Shown: positions 1 to 7,609, counted from the first letter of the stretch. The stretch: DNA of 32,000 nt from Zestosphaera tikiterensis (GCA_003056265.1 NBVN01000002.1:420001-452000); one strand, 5' to 3'. Program-made: numbers and translations. The notes: generated by a model from the sequence alone, not told the origin.

Positions 1-43
1 TTACTGTCACCACGTAGAATATGAAAGAACGGGAAAATAGGAC

Positions 44-1045
44 ATGATTGTTTTAGGGATTGAGTCTTCAGCGCATACGTTCGGAGTCGGCGTAGTTAAG
101 GATGAAGAACCATACATACTTGCTGACGTGAGGTCTGTATACACGCCTAAGTCAGGTGGGATACATCCTAAGGAAGCGGTGAGTTACTTCATCGAGAAAG
201 CTCCCGACACAATAGTTAAGGCTTTAGATGAGGCTGGAATCGCTATAGATAAAGTTGACGCTATAGCAGTTACTTTAGGCCCAGGCTTAGGTCCCTGCCT
301 TCGCGTAGGCGCTACCATAGCTAGAGCTTTAGCTACTTACTACGGCAAACCTTTAATTCCAGTAAATCATGCAGTAGCTCATGTGGAGATTGGAAAGCTA
401 ATCTTCAGGTTTAAAGACCCTTTAGTAGTGTACTTATCAGGAGGTAATACTTTAATTACGTCATTATCTGAAGGGAGGTATAGGATATTTGGGGAGACTT
501 TAGACATATCCTTAGGTAACTTCTTAGACACCTTAGCTAGGGAGTTAAGACTAGCACCTCCTTATGTGGTTTCAGGCCTGCATCAAATAGATCGCTGCGC
601 TCAGGAAGGCAGGAATTTCCTAGATTTACCCTATGTGGTGAAAGGTCAGGACGTCTCGTTCTCAGGCCTTTTAACAGCTGCTTTAAAACTTTACAAAACT
701 GGTAAGGTTAACTTACCAGATCTATGCTATAGCGTAAGGGAAATCGCCTATTCAGCCATAGTTGAAATTTCTGAAAGGGGTTTAGCACATACAGGCAAGA
801 AAGAAATGCTTGTTGTGGGGGGTGTTGCTTCAAGTCCTGTGTTGAGAAGCAAACTTGAAGCTATGGCTTCAGTAAGAAACGTTAACTTAGGTATAGTACC
901 GCCTAAATACGCCGTAGATAATGGAGTTATGATTGCTTGGACAGGTTTGCTAATGTTCAAACATAACATATCTGTAAGGCCTGAAGAAGCCTATGTTAAG
1001 CAGAGGTGGAAAATTGATCAAGTCGATATTCTGTGGGCCACTTAA
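44..1045 (+). CDS. kae1: tRNA N6-adenosine threonylcarbamoyltransferase Kae1 (KEOPS catalytic subunit, Kae1/TsaD family)
   Basis: 333-aa ORF with family hallmarks visible in the translation: GIESSAHTFGVGV N-terminus, metal-binding NHAVAHVEIG (HxxxH), VVYLSGGNT, VVGGVASS, DNGVMIAW. It is followed directly by bud32. Confidence 0.9.
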   Translation: MIVLGIESSAHTFGVGVVKDEEPYILADVRSVYTPKSGGIHPKEAVSYFIEKAPDTIVKALDEAGIAIDKVDAIAVTLGPGLGPCLRVGATIARALATYYGKPLIPVNHAVAHVEIGKLIFRFKDPLVVYLSGGNTLITSLSEGRYRIFGETLDISLGNFLDTLARELRLAPPYVVSGLHQIDRCAQEGRNFLDLPYVVKGQDVSFSGLLTAALKLYKTGKVNLPDLCYSVREIAYSAIVEISERGLAHTGKKEMLVVGGVASSPVLRSKLEAMASVRNVNLGIVPPKYAVDNGVMIAWTGLLMFKHNISVRPEEAYVKQRWKIDQVDILWAT

Positions 1046-1688
1046 GTTAATAGCTTTAGGTGCGGAAGCAGCCCTTTACCGCACGTGTTTTGAGGACTTA
1101 GATGCGTTGGTTAAGGTCAGGCTTCCTAAACCCTATAGAGATCCTACCTTAGATAAGATGCTTAGGTCTAGAAGAACCGAACTTGAAGGTAAAATCTTAG
1201 CTGAGTTAAGGTTGAAAGGGCTTAAAGTCCCAGCACTTTATTACGTAAACTTAGAAAACGCTTTGTTAATTATGGAGTTTATAGAGGGTCTTACATTACG
1301 AGATTTGGTGTTTATGAAGGGGGGTCAGGTAACTAAATACTTTAAATATTGGGGTGTTTTCACAGCTTTAATGCATGAAACTGGTATAGTACATGGAGAC
1401 TTAACCACCTCAAACGTTATAGTTAAGGATGAGGAGATCTACGTCGTGGATTTTGGATTAGCAAAATACAGCAATAAAGTAGAGGATAGAGCTACTGACA
1501 TACATTTAATGATTAGAGCTGTTGAAAGCACCCATTACACAGTTAAGGAAGCTTTATTGAAAGCCTTTTCAGAAGGTTATAAGGAGGTATTAGGTGAGCA
1601 AACGTTTAAGGAGTTACTTGAGAAAGTGAAAGAGATTAGGATGCGGGGGAGGTACGTTGAGGAAAGGAGAATGCGAAAAAACATTTAA
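993..1688 (+). CDS. bud32: Bud32/PRPK-type atypical kinase, KEOPS subunit
   Basis: LIALGAEAALY glycine-loop-like N-terminus, catalytic HGDLTTSNVIV, VVDFGLA (DFG). The small RIO-like size fits Bud32. The longest ORF overlaps the kae1 3' end by 53 nt in a different frame. The true start may be the in-frame TTG at 1014. Confidence 0.85.
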   Translation: MLSRGGKLIKSIFCGPLKLIALGAEAALYRTCFEDLDALVKVRLPKPYRDPTLDKMLRSRRTELEGKILAELRLKGLKVPALYYVNLENALLIMEFIEGLTLRDLVFMKGGQVTKYFKYWGVFTALMHETGIVHGDLTTSNVIVKDEEIYVVDFGLAKYSNKVEDRATDIHLMIRAVESTHYTVKEALLKAFSEGYKEVLGEQTFKELLEKVKEIRMRGRYVEERRMRKNI

Positions 1689-2241
1689 ACTTCATATCCT
1701 TACGGGAAATAAAGGTAAGTTAGTAGAGTTTCAAACCCTTGGTTTAAGTGAGTGCGTTGACGTCGTTAAAATCGACGTACCTAAAGTTGAAATACAGTCT
1801 GATGATATTAGGAAGGTAGTTTTATTCAGTGCTTCTCAAGCTTTACAACATGTTAGAATGCCTTTCTTCGTTGAGGATGCTGGTCTCTTCATAAAAGCAT
1901 TGAACGGCTTTCCAGGACCTTACAGTAGTTACGTATTTAAAACTTTAGGGAATGAAGGTATTTTAAAGCTTATGAAGTATGTTGAGGACAGAGAAGCTTT
2001 ATTTGTTTCGGTGATAGCTCTCTACGTCCCTGAATACGGCATTAAACTCTTCGAGGGTGTTACTGAAGGTTTCATAGCGCATGAAGTAAAAGGAATTCAC
2101 GGATTCGGCTTCGACCCTATATTCATACCTAAAGGCTTAAGCAGAACTTACGCCGAACTCACCGTGGAGGAAAAGAATAGAATTTCGCATAGGGGTAAGG
2201 CTTTTAAAGCGATGATTACGTGGTTTAAGCAGATTACTTAA
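1657..2241 (+). CDS. Non-canonical purine NTP pyrophosphatase (HAM1/RdgB/ITPase family)
   Basis: LTGNKGKLVEF, VEDAGLF, GFPGPYSS, GFGFDPIF and ISHRGKA are classic HAM1 motifs. TTG start overlaps the bud32 3' end. Confidence 0.9.
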   Translation: MRKGECEKTFKLHILTGNKGKLVEFQTLGLSECVDVVKIDVPKVEIQSDDIRKVVLFSASQALQHVRMPFFVEDAGLFIKALNGFPGPYSSYVFKTLGNEGILKLMKYVEDREALFVSVIALYVPEYGIKLFEGVTEGFIAHEVKGIHGFGFDPIFIPKGLSRTYAELTVEEKNRISHRGKAFKAMITWFKQIT

Positions 2242-2511
2242 CTTACTTAGCGATGGAAGGATATGAAAGAATTTAATCAAGTTGTTAATGATCTAAGGAT
2301 GCTAGATAGCGATGTTAGGTGATAGTCGGATCTCTAAAGGAGGCAGATTGAAGCCTTAGCTATCGGCTTAAGAACACCTTAAACAGGTGTGGTGTGATAT
2401 TAATCAACGGGGTCTAATGAAGTATGGTTAGGAGCTAACAGTAGTGCGTCGTAACCAACTTAGGTTTAGGAATTCTTAAGAGTGTCTGAGGATGTTGTGT
2501 TTCGGGAAACG

Positions 2512-2519
2512 TTTATAAG
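2512..2519 (+). promoter_or_regulatory. TATA-box-like element upstream of rps15
   Basis: TTTATAAG preceded by AAAC, about 36 nt upstream of the GTG start at 2555. An AGGTG Shine-Dalgarno-like element lies just before the start. Confidence 0.45.
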
Positions 2520-2554
2520 ACTTTATCTTTTTGATATATATAGGTGCTAAGTAG

Positions 2555-3049
2555 GTGAATAAGAAAAGAGAGCGAGGTAAGTCGCATTCCACACGTCCGC
2601 CAACGTTAGCCCCTCCTAAGTGGGTGCAGTACACACCTGAAGAGGTAGAGTTACTTATAGTTGAGTTAGCTAAGAAGGGCTATCCACCATCTATGATTGG
2701 TGTAATACTTAGGGATCAATACGGCATTCCGTTAACCAAGGCCGTTTTAGGGGTTAAGATATCTGACGTATTAAATAAATACGGGTTGAATCCCTCCATA
2801 CCGGAAGACCTCTACAACCTAATAAAGAGAGCCGTTAACTTAAGGAGGCATCTAGAAGAGCATCCTAAAGATACACATTCCCAGAGGGGTCTTATAGAGA
2901 TAGAGTCTAAAATACATAGGCTTGTGAAGTACTATAAACGCGTGGGTAAACTCCCTCTAAATTGGAAGTACGATCCTGAAGAAGCTAAGGTCTTAGTTCA
3001 AAGACCTTTAATACCTGCTACGGAAGCTTCAAGCGGCGTTGGCAGTTAA
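2555..3049 (+). CDS. rps15: 30S ribosomal protein uS15 (S15P/S13e)
   Basis: N-terminal [13 protein letters not shown], then the PPKWV...[31 protein letters not shown] pattern typical of archaeal S15P/S13e. 164 aa. Confidence 0.9.
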   Translation: MNKKRERGKSHSTRPPTLAPPKWVQYTPEEVELLIVELAKKGYPPSMIGVILRDQYGIPLTKAVLGVKISDVLNKYGLNPSIPEDLYNLIKRAVNLRRHLEEHPKDTHSQRGLIEIESKIHRLVKYYKRVGKLPLNWKYDPEEAKVLVQRPLIPATEASSGVGS

Positions 3050-3056
3050 TACGGAG

Positions 3057-4337
3057 TTACGTAGACCATAGGCTTAAGTTTACTGGGCAATCCCCATATA
3101 TTTTAGTTGAGTTTTCCTTACCCTTATAGAATGTGCAGGGCGGTATATCCTCATTTACTGTAATGCCTGCGTAAATCCATGAGTAAGCCCCTACCTTAAC
3201 ACCAGGCATTATTGAGACGTTGACTCCTGTTTTAACGTAATCTCCTAGGACAGCGCCAAACTTACTTCTGCCAGTATCTTCCTTCTTTCCTTTAACCCTA
3301 TAGTAGACCGTTCCATTATCAAATCTTAAATTAGCTAATATTGTCCCAGCCCCTAAATTGCTGTGTTCCCCGATTATTGAATCACCTACGTATGCTTGAT
3401 GGGCTATGTGGGTGTTACTCATCACTAAGCTTTCCTTAATCTCTACGTTAAAGCCTATCCTAGACCTGTCTAAAATCACTGAATATGGTCTTATATATGC
3501 GTTAGGCCCTATCACCGCCCCCTTACCTATGTAGGCAGGACCTACAATGTAAGTTCCAGATAGAACCTCAGCATCCTCCTCTACGATCACATTACCTTTA
3601 ATCACTACACCGTTTTCCACACGACCTTTAATTACGGGTTCGTTCCAAGTATCCATGAGCTTCTTATTAAGTTCCAAGAGTTTCCAAGGCCTACCTATGT
3701 CGATCCAATAAGATAACCTAACGACTTTAACAGAGGTTTCCTTAGCGTAATTCGTTAAAGCATCTGTTAACTCATACTCGCCTCTAGAACTAACTTCAAT
3801 CCTACTTAAGTGCTTTAGTACGTCGTGCGTAAGTAAGTATATACCCGCGTTAACCATATTCGATGGAGGGCTAGCCGGCTTCTCAATTATGTTTTTTAAT
3901 GATCCATCGCTATCAACTATCAAAACTCCATATAGCCTAGGGTCTTTAACCTCATAACCAGCTACGGCTGGCGTTTCTAACGTCGAGATTTTCTTTAAGT
4001 CGTCTACACCCACATAGACATCGCCGTAAAGAACTAGAAACCTCTCCGTAGTTACATACTCTAAAGCCTTCATTAAGGCATGTCCCGTCCCCAAAGGTTT
4101 GCCTTGATCCACTAACTTTACGTCTACGTCAAGATTTAAACCATTTAAGAACTTCCCTACTTGATCTCTTAAATAATTAACGACTATCACAACTCTATCC
4201 ACACCTACAGCTTTAAGCGCTTTAATTTGATACTCAAGTAGAGGAGTATTAACAACAGGTAATAACACCTTATTTCTAGTGTGAGTTAACGGTTCTAAAC
4301 CCCTTCCATACCCAGCCGCTAAAATCACAGCATCCAT
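3057..4337 (-). CDS. Bifunctional sugar-1-phosphate nucleotidylyltransferase / acetyltransferase (GlmU-like, archaeal type)
   Basis: N-terminal ILAAGYGRGLEPLTHTRNKVLLPV nucleotidyltransferase motif. The C-terminal half is made of left-handed beta-helix hexapeptide repeats (IGKGAVIGPNAYI, VGDSIIGEHSNLGAGT, VLGDYVKTGVNVSI). Confidence 0.8.
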   Translation of the reverse strand: MDAVILAAGYGRGLEPLTHTRNKVLLPVVNTPLLEYQIKALKAVGVDRVVIVVNYLRDQVGKFLNGLNLDVDVKLVDQGKPLGTGHALMKALEYVTTERFLVLYGDVYVGVDDLKKISTLETPAVAGYEVKDPRLYGVLIVDSDGSLKNIIEKPASPPSNMVNAGIYLLTHDVLKHLSRIEVSSRGEYELTDALTNYAKETSVKVVRLSYWIDIGRPWKLLELNKKLMDTWNEPVIKGRVENGVVIKGNVIVEEDAEVLSGTYIVGPAYIGKGAVIGPNAYIRPYSVILDRSRIGFNVEIKESLVMSNTHIAHQAYVGDSIIGEHSNLGAGTILANLRFDNGTVYYRVKGKKEDTGRSKFGAVLGDYVKTGVNVSIMPGVKVGAYSWIYAGITVNEDIPPCTFYKGKENSTKIYGDCPVNLSLWST

Positions 4338-4628
4338 GATACGTAACCACTAAGAAATTCTTCTAAATTTAAATAAAAGTGTTCCTAACCTTTACATTTT
4401 TCTACATTAGAAAACTCAATACTTAATCAACGATTTAATTCATCTTAACCTTTAGCAGTAATATCCACAGAACACACCCCACACGTACACATATTTCCAG
4501 ATATATGAATGCCACTGCTGGGTAATAACGTATCAATCGGGTTTAGTTTTAGTATGTTAATATAGCAGTATCGTCCATTCCTTGAGTTTACAACCGAAAG
4601 CCTCGCTTCTTTAGGGCGGAGATGAAGG

Positions 4629-4636
4629 TTTATAAG
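4629..4636 (+). promoter_or_regulatory. TATA-box-like element facing the GC-rich segment
   Basis: TTTATAAG, the same octamer as upstream of rps15. A start about 25 nt downstream would fall at about 4657-4662, just before GTGATGA and the GC-rich block. Confidence 0.3.
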
Positions 4637-4656
4637 TTGATGTTTCTAATTTGTTT

Positions 4657-4817
4657 TACAGTGATGATGTTTAATGTGTGTGGGAGGCAAACCCATACGA
4701 AGTTTTGAGGCCCTCTGGGGTCGATGATTGATGGAAATGTCCCGTAACCCCCCACCAGAGGGGTATCGCTCAAGACCCAGCAGTGGAAACCCCGCCCTTC
4801 AGAGCGGGAAGAGGGTC
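4657..4817 (+). ncRNA. Candidate structured RNA of unknown family (GC-rich foldable segment)
   Basis: Marked local GC enrichment inside AT-rich spacer. Complementary pairs seen directly: CCCTCTGG 4711-4718 with CCAGAGGG 4755-4762; GACCC 4774-4778 with GGGTC 4813-4817; nested CCCGC 4791-4795 with GCGGG 4804-4808. Strand and boundaries are uncertain. No Rfam-type motif was recognised by eye. Confidence 0.3.
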
Positions 4818-5141
4818 ATCTGTAATAGGATCTACCTGAAGTTCTAGAACTTCAAGTGCTGTAACACCTATTAACACTTTATCTATAACATCTGATATGA
4901 GTGCTGGCTCTGCTACTACACCTACATGGATTGCGTTGTGAGTCTCACGCCCGTAAGGTTAAAGCCTCCGATTTCGTCGGTAGTAGAGATTATGGCCTTC
5001 GACGAACTTGATGAAGCAGAGGGGATTCGATAAAGCTACAACCTCAACGTTGCCTTTAGAGTTAATCAAACCTGTATAGGTAATGAAATATGACTCTATT
5101 ATGAAGGTGGTTTCCAGAGGTCTGACCTTTGTGTTTGGTCT
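4770..5141 (-). pseudogene. Possible decayed gene: 123-codon minus-strand frame interrupted by a single TAA
   Basis: Frame open from 5141 to 4773 except for TAA at 4961-4959, ending at TGA 4772-4770. Translation: RPNTKVRPLETTFIIESYFITYTGLINSKGNVEVVALSNPLCFIKFVEGHNLYYRRNRRL*PYGRETHNAIHVGVVAEPALISDVIDKVLIGVTALEVLELQVDPITDDPLPALKGGVSTAGS. Same strand as all neighbouring genes. Family not recognised. Confidence 0.3.
4837..4854. repeat. 18-nt perfect palindrome TGAAGTTCTAGAACTTCA
   Basis: The sequence is its own reverse complement, verified base by base. Confidence 0.9.
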
Positions 5142-5281
5142 TCATCCCTCATGGTTTCCTCCACACCCGCTTTTCGGGAGCTTAGCTTCACTGCCTTAGA
5201 CTCCCGCATTGCTTCACTAAACTCCCTGAGGCGAATGTGAAGGGGTTCGAGGTTTCTCATCCTTATCTCGCAACTGCTCAT
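5099..5281 (-). CDS. Hypothetical 60-aa ORF (possibly the N-terminal remnant of the decayed gene)
   Basis: ATG ORF preceded by a minus-strand TATA-like box. Charged, helical-looking sequence with no recognisable family. It overlaps the start of the downstream interrupted frame in a different frame. Confidence 0.25.
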   Translation of the reverse strand: MSSCEIRMRNLEPLHIRLREFSEAMRESKAVKLSSRKAGVEETMRDEDQTQRSDLWKPPS

Positions 5282-5311
5282 CGCTCGTCAAAACCCCAAC
5301 ATCCCATAATT

Positions 5312-5319
5312 TATTTATA
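5312..5319 (-). promoter_or_regulatory. TATA-box-like element (TATAAATA on the minus strand)
   Basis: Reverse complement of TATTTATA at 5312-5319. It lies 38 nt upstream of the ATG at 5281, which implies a short 5' leader. Confidence 0.35.
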
Positions 5320-5450
5320 GCAACACTTAATAAATTTCCAAGTGAAGAAAATCAAAGAGTAGAAACCCCAACGACACCACCAACATAAACAACCATTCCT
5401 TAATGAACTAAGGCAATATCCAGAAGTTAAACTTTAAAAGTGGTTTTGGA

Positions 5451-6074
5451 TTAAGCTGTCTGAGGTACTACTACAGCTTTCTTAACTCCTTCAGCTGTAG
5501 GCACAAACAACAGTTTGGACTTATATATTTCTACCTTCCTTATTGGGTATATCTTCTTGCAGGCTTCGAAGATTTCATTGGCGAGAGTCCCGAAGACCAT
5601 CGCCTTAACTAGCTCTTCATATGTTGAAGCACTTGCTTTCTCCGTTAATATCCTGATCATTTCCTTCCTTATCGCTCTTTTCTGACTTGTTTGACATCTG
5701 TATGTAGTTAAGGTTACGGCAGTAACTCTAAATACGTAACCATCTTTAGTTGTTACGTTAACTATAGCCGCTATCTTACTGGATTTCCTCCTTATAAGTG
5801 ATTTCATGTAGTCTCTAGCTAGCTCATGTCCTTTAAACCAGGTGTGGGCAACGTCATCCTTAACATCAATAACTTGGAACTTAAGCATTACGTGATGTTT
5901 TGTGTAATCTCCGGTTAAGTCAAATATGGAAGCTTCGAAAGTCCTCCCTAAAACCTTAGCCTCACTATCAGCTGGTGTCGTAGCTATTTCAATACCTCCA
6001 AGGAATTGTGGAGTTAAGACTCTAAACCACTTCTTCATCTTCCATTTATCCTTTACCGGTGCTTTCGACATCAT
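5451..6074 (-). CDS. rps3ae: 30S ribosomal protein eS1 (S3Ae)
   Basis: KDKWKMKKWFRVLTPQFLG N-terminus and overall S3Ae pattern. 207 aa. Confidence 0.9.
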   Translation of the reverse strand: MMSKAPVKDKWKMKKWFRVLTPQFLGGIEIATTPADSEAKVLGRTFEASIFDLTGDYTKHHVMLKFQVIDVKDDVAHTWFKGHELARDYMKSLIRRKSSKIAAIVNVTTKDGYVFRVTAVTLTTYRCQTSQKRAIRKEMIRILTEKASASTYEELVKAMVFGTLANEIFEACKKIYPIRKVEIYKSKLLFVPTAEGVKKAVVVPQTA

Positions 6075-6104
6075 CTAAACCTATATCACACACTAAAAGA
6101 GGGC

Positions 6105-6365
6105 TTATAAGCTTTCAATAAAGTTTTTGCTTAACTTACTTGTAACTAACCTCAATAAGCTATAGTATCTTAACACTTCCTCAGTAATTGACTCAATCCT
6201 TCTTAAAAGTTCTGCGTTAGGCAGTTCATCCCTACATTCAATCTCATACGTAAACATCCCTTCAGAAACGCCGCTCTTAAGTTGGCAGTTTCTAGGCGGT
6301 GAAGCATCGTCAGGTTTTAAAGCTTTAACGAAAGACAATAAGAACTTCACATCATCTACAACCAA
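6105..6365 (-). CDS. Small conserved-looking protein, possibly Pcc1/CTAG-like (KEOPS accessory) fold
   Basis: 86 aa, TTG start, 14 nt downstream of the preceding gene. The pattern ALKPDD...(strand)...FTYEIECRDELPNAELLRRIESITEEV resembles the Pcc1 signature (AL-P-[DE] ... beta hairpin ... a-d--LR helix). Similarity judged by eye only. Confidence 0.3.
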   Translation of the reverse strand: MVVDDVKFLLSFVKALKPDDASPPRNCQLKSGVSEGMFTYEIECRDELPNAELLRRIESITEEVLRYYSLLRLVTSKLSKNFIESL

Positions 6366-6379
6366 ACGTATTTCAACTT

Positions 6380-7531
6380 TTACGTTGAAGATTTAGAACT
6401 CACCTCACTTAAATCGCTTAGCTCTAGGTACCCACCAACAACTGCGGCGCCCTTCTGAATTAACGACTGCCTTTTGGAAGTATTTAAAGCTGATAAGGGT
6501 ACGTAGTATTTTCCAAAGCTTTCGAAGGCTAGGAAACCCTTGTTTTGATTGATTATGTTTAACGCCGATAAAATCCTGTAAAGTACGTTAGAAGACGCTT
6601 TCGTGGGTTCAACGTTAACAACCGGTATGTTCTTTACGTTTTTAATTGTTTGCCCTCTAGAGTTAATTATTAAATCCACGACGTCTCTTAAATATTTTAT
6701 ATCGCTTAAAAACCTCATGTATTCATACCTAAGTAAAGCGTTGTTGAATAGTGAGGTAAGTAGTCCGTGAAAACCTTTTACGTCAGTCAACCATAAAAGC
6801 ATGTAAGTAACCATGTGTATGTCTTTCGAGAAGAAGTCAAACTTGGTTAGGTAGACTTCCTCTCGTAACTTATCTGAAGGTATGTTGAAATCCTTACTAA
6901 CTTTACTTAACGCGTTCTCAATATTCTCCGATAAATACTTACTTGGGATAAAGAGGTCTAAGCTATATAACAACGCTGTTTGCGGAGGTAAGTAGGAAAC
7001 ACCTATTAAGGTGAGGTTTTTAGAAATTTCTACGACGCCATCATTACTTAAAACTTCTAGGAAATTCCTGTCACGTTCGTTTAAAGCCGGAGCTTTAACT
7101 CGAGGCAAATACTTACTTAAGATTGATGCTAAAACAAGGGCTTTCATTTCCTTGCTAACTGGAGTGAATTCGCTGATTAAATCGAGAACTCCTGGAAGTA
7201 GAGATGTATAGCGTAGAACTACGTTATACCTAACTTTAGAAACAGATTCTGTTGTGGAGGTTTGCAGTATTAAACATTCATCACATTCGCTTGCCGGTAT
7301 ATTAATACCTATAACTTTAGCGTCCGGAGTTAAAGGTATTCTCTCATAGTCCGGTAATACTTCGAAAGGTATTTCTAAATGTTTTAACATCTTACCTAAC
7401 ATCGCTGAAGCTGTTAAAGACTCTAGGTCATAGGAAGTAACGATTCTGACTAGCTTCTTAGTTTCTTTAACTTCATCAATAAACCGATGGATTACCTCAC
7501 TTGGCGTCAATTTCTCACTAGCTTGCGGCAA
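6380..7531 (-). CDS. RecJ/DHH-superfamily-like protein with degenerate catalytic motifs (RecJdbh/Cdc45-like candidate)
   Basis: 383 aa. N-terminal VRIVTSYDLESLTASAMLGKML resembles a degenerate DHH motif I. No DHH triad is visible. The position between r-protein genes S15 and S3Ae matches the neighbourhood I recall for archaeal RecJ/Cdc45 homologues. Assignment is tentative. Confidence 0.4.
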   Translation of the reverse strand: MPQASEKLTPSEVIHRFIDEVKETKKLVRIVTSYDLESLTASAMLGKMLKHLEIPFEVLPDYERIPLTPDAKVIGINIPASECDECLILQTSTTESVSKVRYNVVLRYTSLLPGVLDLISEFTPVSKEMKALVLASILSKYLPRVKAPALNERDRNFLEVLSNDGVVEISKNLTLIGVSYLPPQTALLYSLDLFIPSKYLSENIENALSKVSKDFNIPSDKLREEVYLTKFDFFSKDIHMVTYMLLWLTDVKGFHGLLTSLFNNALLRYEYMRFLSDIKYLRDVVDLIINSRGQTIKNVKNIPVVNVEPTKASSNVLYRILSALNIINQNKGFLAFESFGKYYVPLSALNTSKRQSLIQKGAAVVGGYLELSDLSEVSSKSST

Positions 7532-7609
7532 TAAACTTTACCCAGATAAATCAGTAATCCATACATATAAATGCTTGCAGGTGTGTTGTTTACTAGGTTT
7601 TAAGTTGAG

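Noticed and set aside
748-969. Other short track ORFs embedded in larger genes, mostly antisense: 748-969, 7011-7211, 8178-8378, 9115-9303, 9420-9710, 16022-16228, 19496-19795, 19892-20074, 20798-20995, 25132-25386, 28540-28743, 29238-29432
   Set aside because: Each lies inside, or largely overlaps, a longer ORF with recognisable family motifs. Most are on the opposite strand and one is in an alternative frame (16022-16228). None shows motifs of its own.
993-1045. Kae1-Bud32 fusion produced by programmed frameshifting in the 53-nt overlap
   Set aside because: Kae1 ends with a normal family C-terminus (KQRWKIDQVDILW), there is no obvious slippery heptamer, and separate kae1 and bud32 genes are normal in crenarchaea.
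2242-2554. Small RNA or leader peptide in the 313-nt spacer before rps15 (hairpins AAGCC/GGCTT and ACACCT/AGGTGT; 19-codon ORF at 2264-2323; ATGAAG...CTGA as a weak C/D pair)
   Set aside because: There is no GC enrichment, the box motifs are degenerate and wrongly spaced, and the ORF is tiny. This is insufficient to call anything beyond the rps15 promoter.
4622-4708. 28-aa hydrophobic peptide ORF (MKVYKLMFLICFTVMMFNVCGRQTHTKF), possible toxin-like small protein
   Set aside because: It is very short, the GGAG immediately abuts the ATG with no spacing, and the putative TATA box lies inside the ORF. There is no supporting evidence.
4512-4786. 12-nt inverted repeat CCACTGCTGGGT (4512-4523) / ACCCAGCAGTGG (4775-4786) as MITE termini or a long-range RNA helix
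   Set aside because: There are no flanking direct target-site duplications, and the repeat does not extend. The intervening sequence is largely AT-rich and contains a promoter-like box. A single 12-mer match at this scale can occur by chance. It is kept only as a note within the island finding.
4661-4839. Canonical C/D-box sRNA starting at GTGATGA (4661-4667)
   Set aside because: The first CTGA downstream is at 4836-4839, about 175 nt away. No D'/C' pair sits at the 12-nt guide spacing typical of archaeal C/D sRNAs.
4338-5450. RNase P RNA, SRP (7S) RNA, 5S rRNA or a tRNA hidden in the ORF-poor island
   Set aside because: I looked on both strands for the P4/CR-I GAGGAAAGUCC and CR-IV/V ACAGAA..GGCUUA elements, the SRP helix-8 GGAA-tetraloop motif, and T-loop GTTCGAAT-type arms with matching stems. 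Only loose resemblances appear (GGAAATGTCC at 4733-4742; GGAGGAAACCATG on the minus strand near 5150-5162). The required complementary partner strands are absent. Long AT-rich stretches also interrupt any full-length fold.
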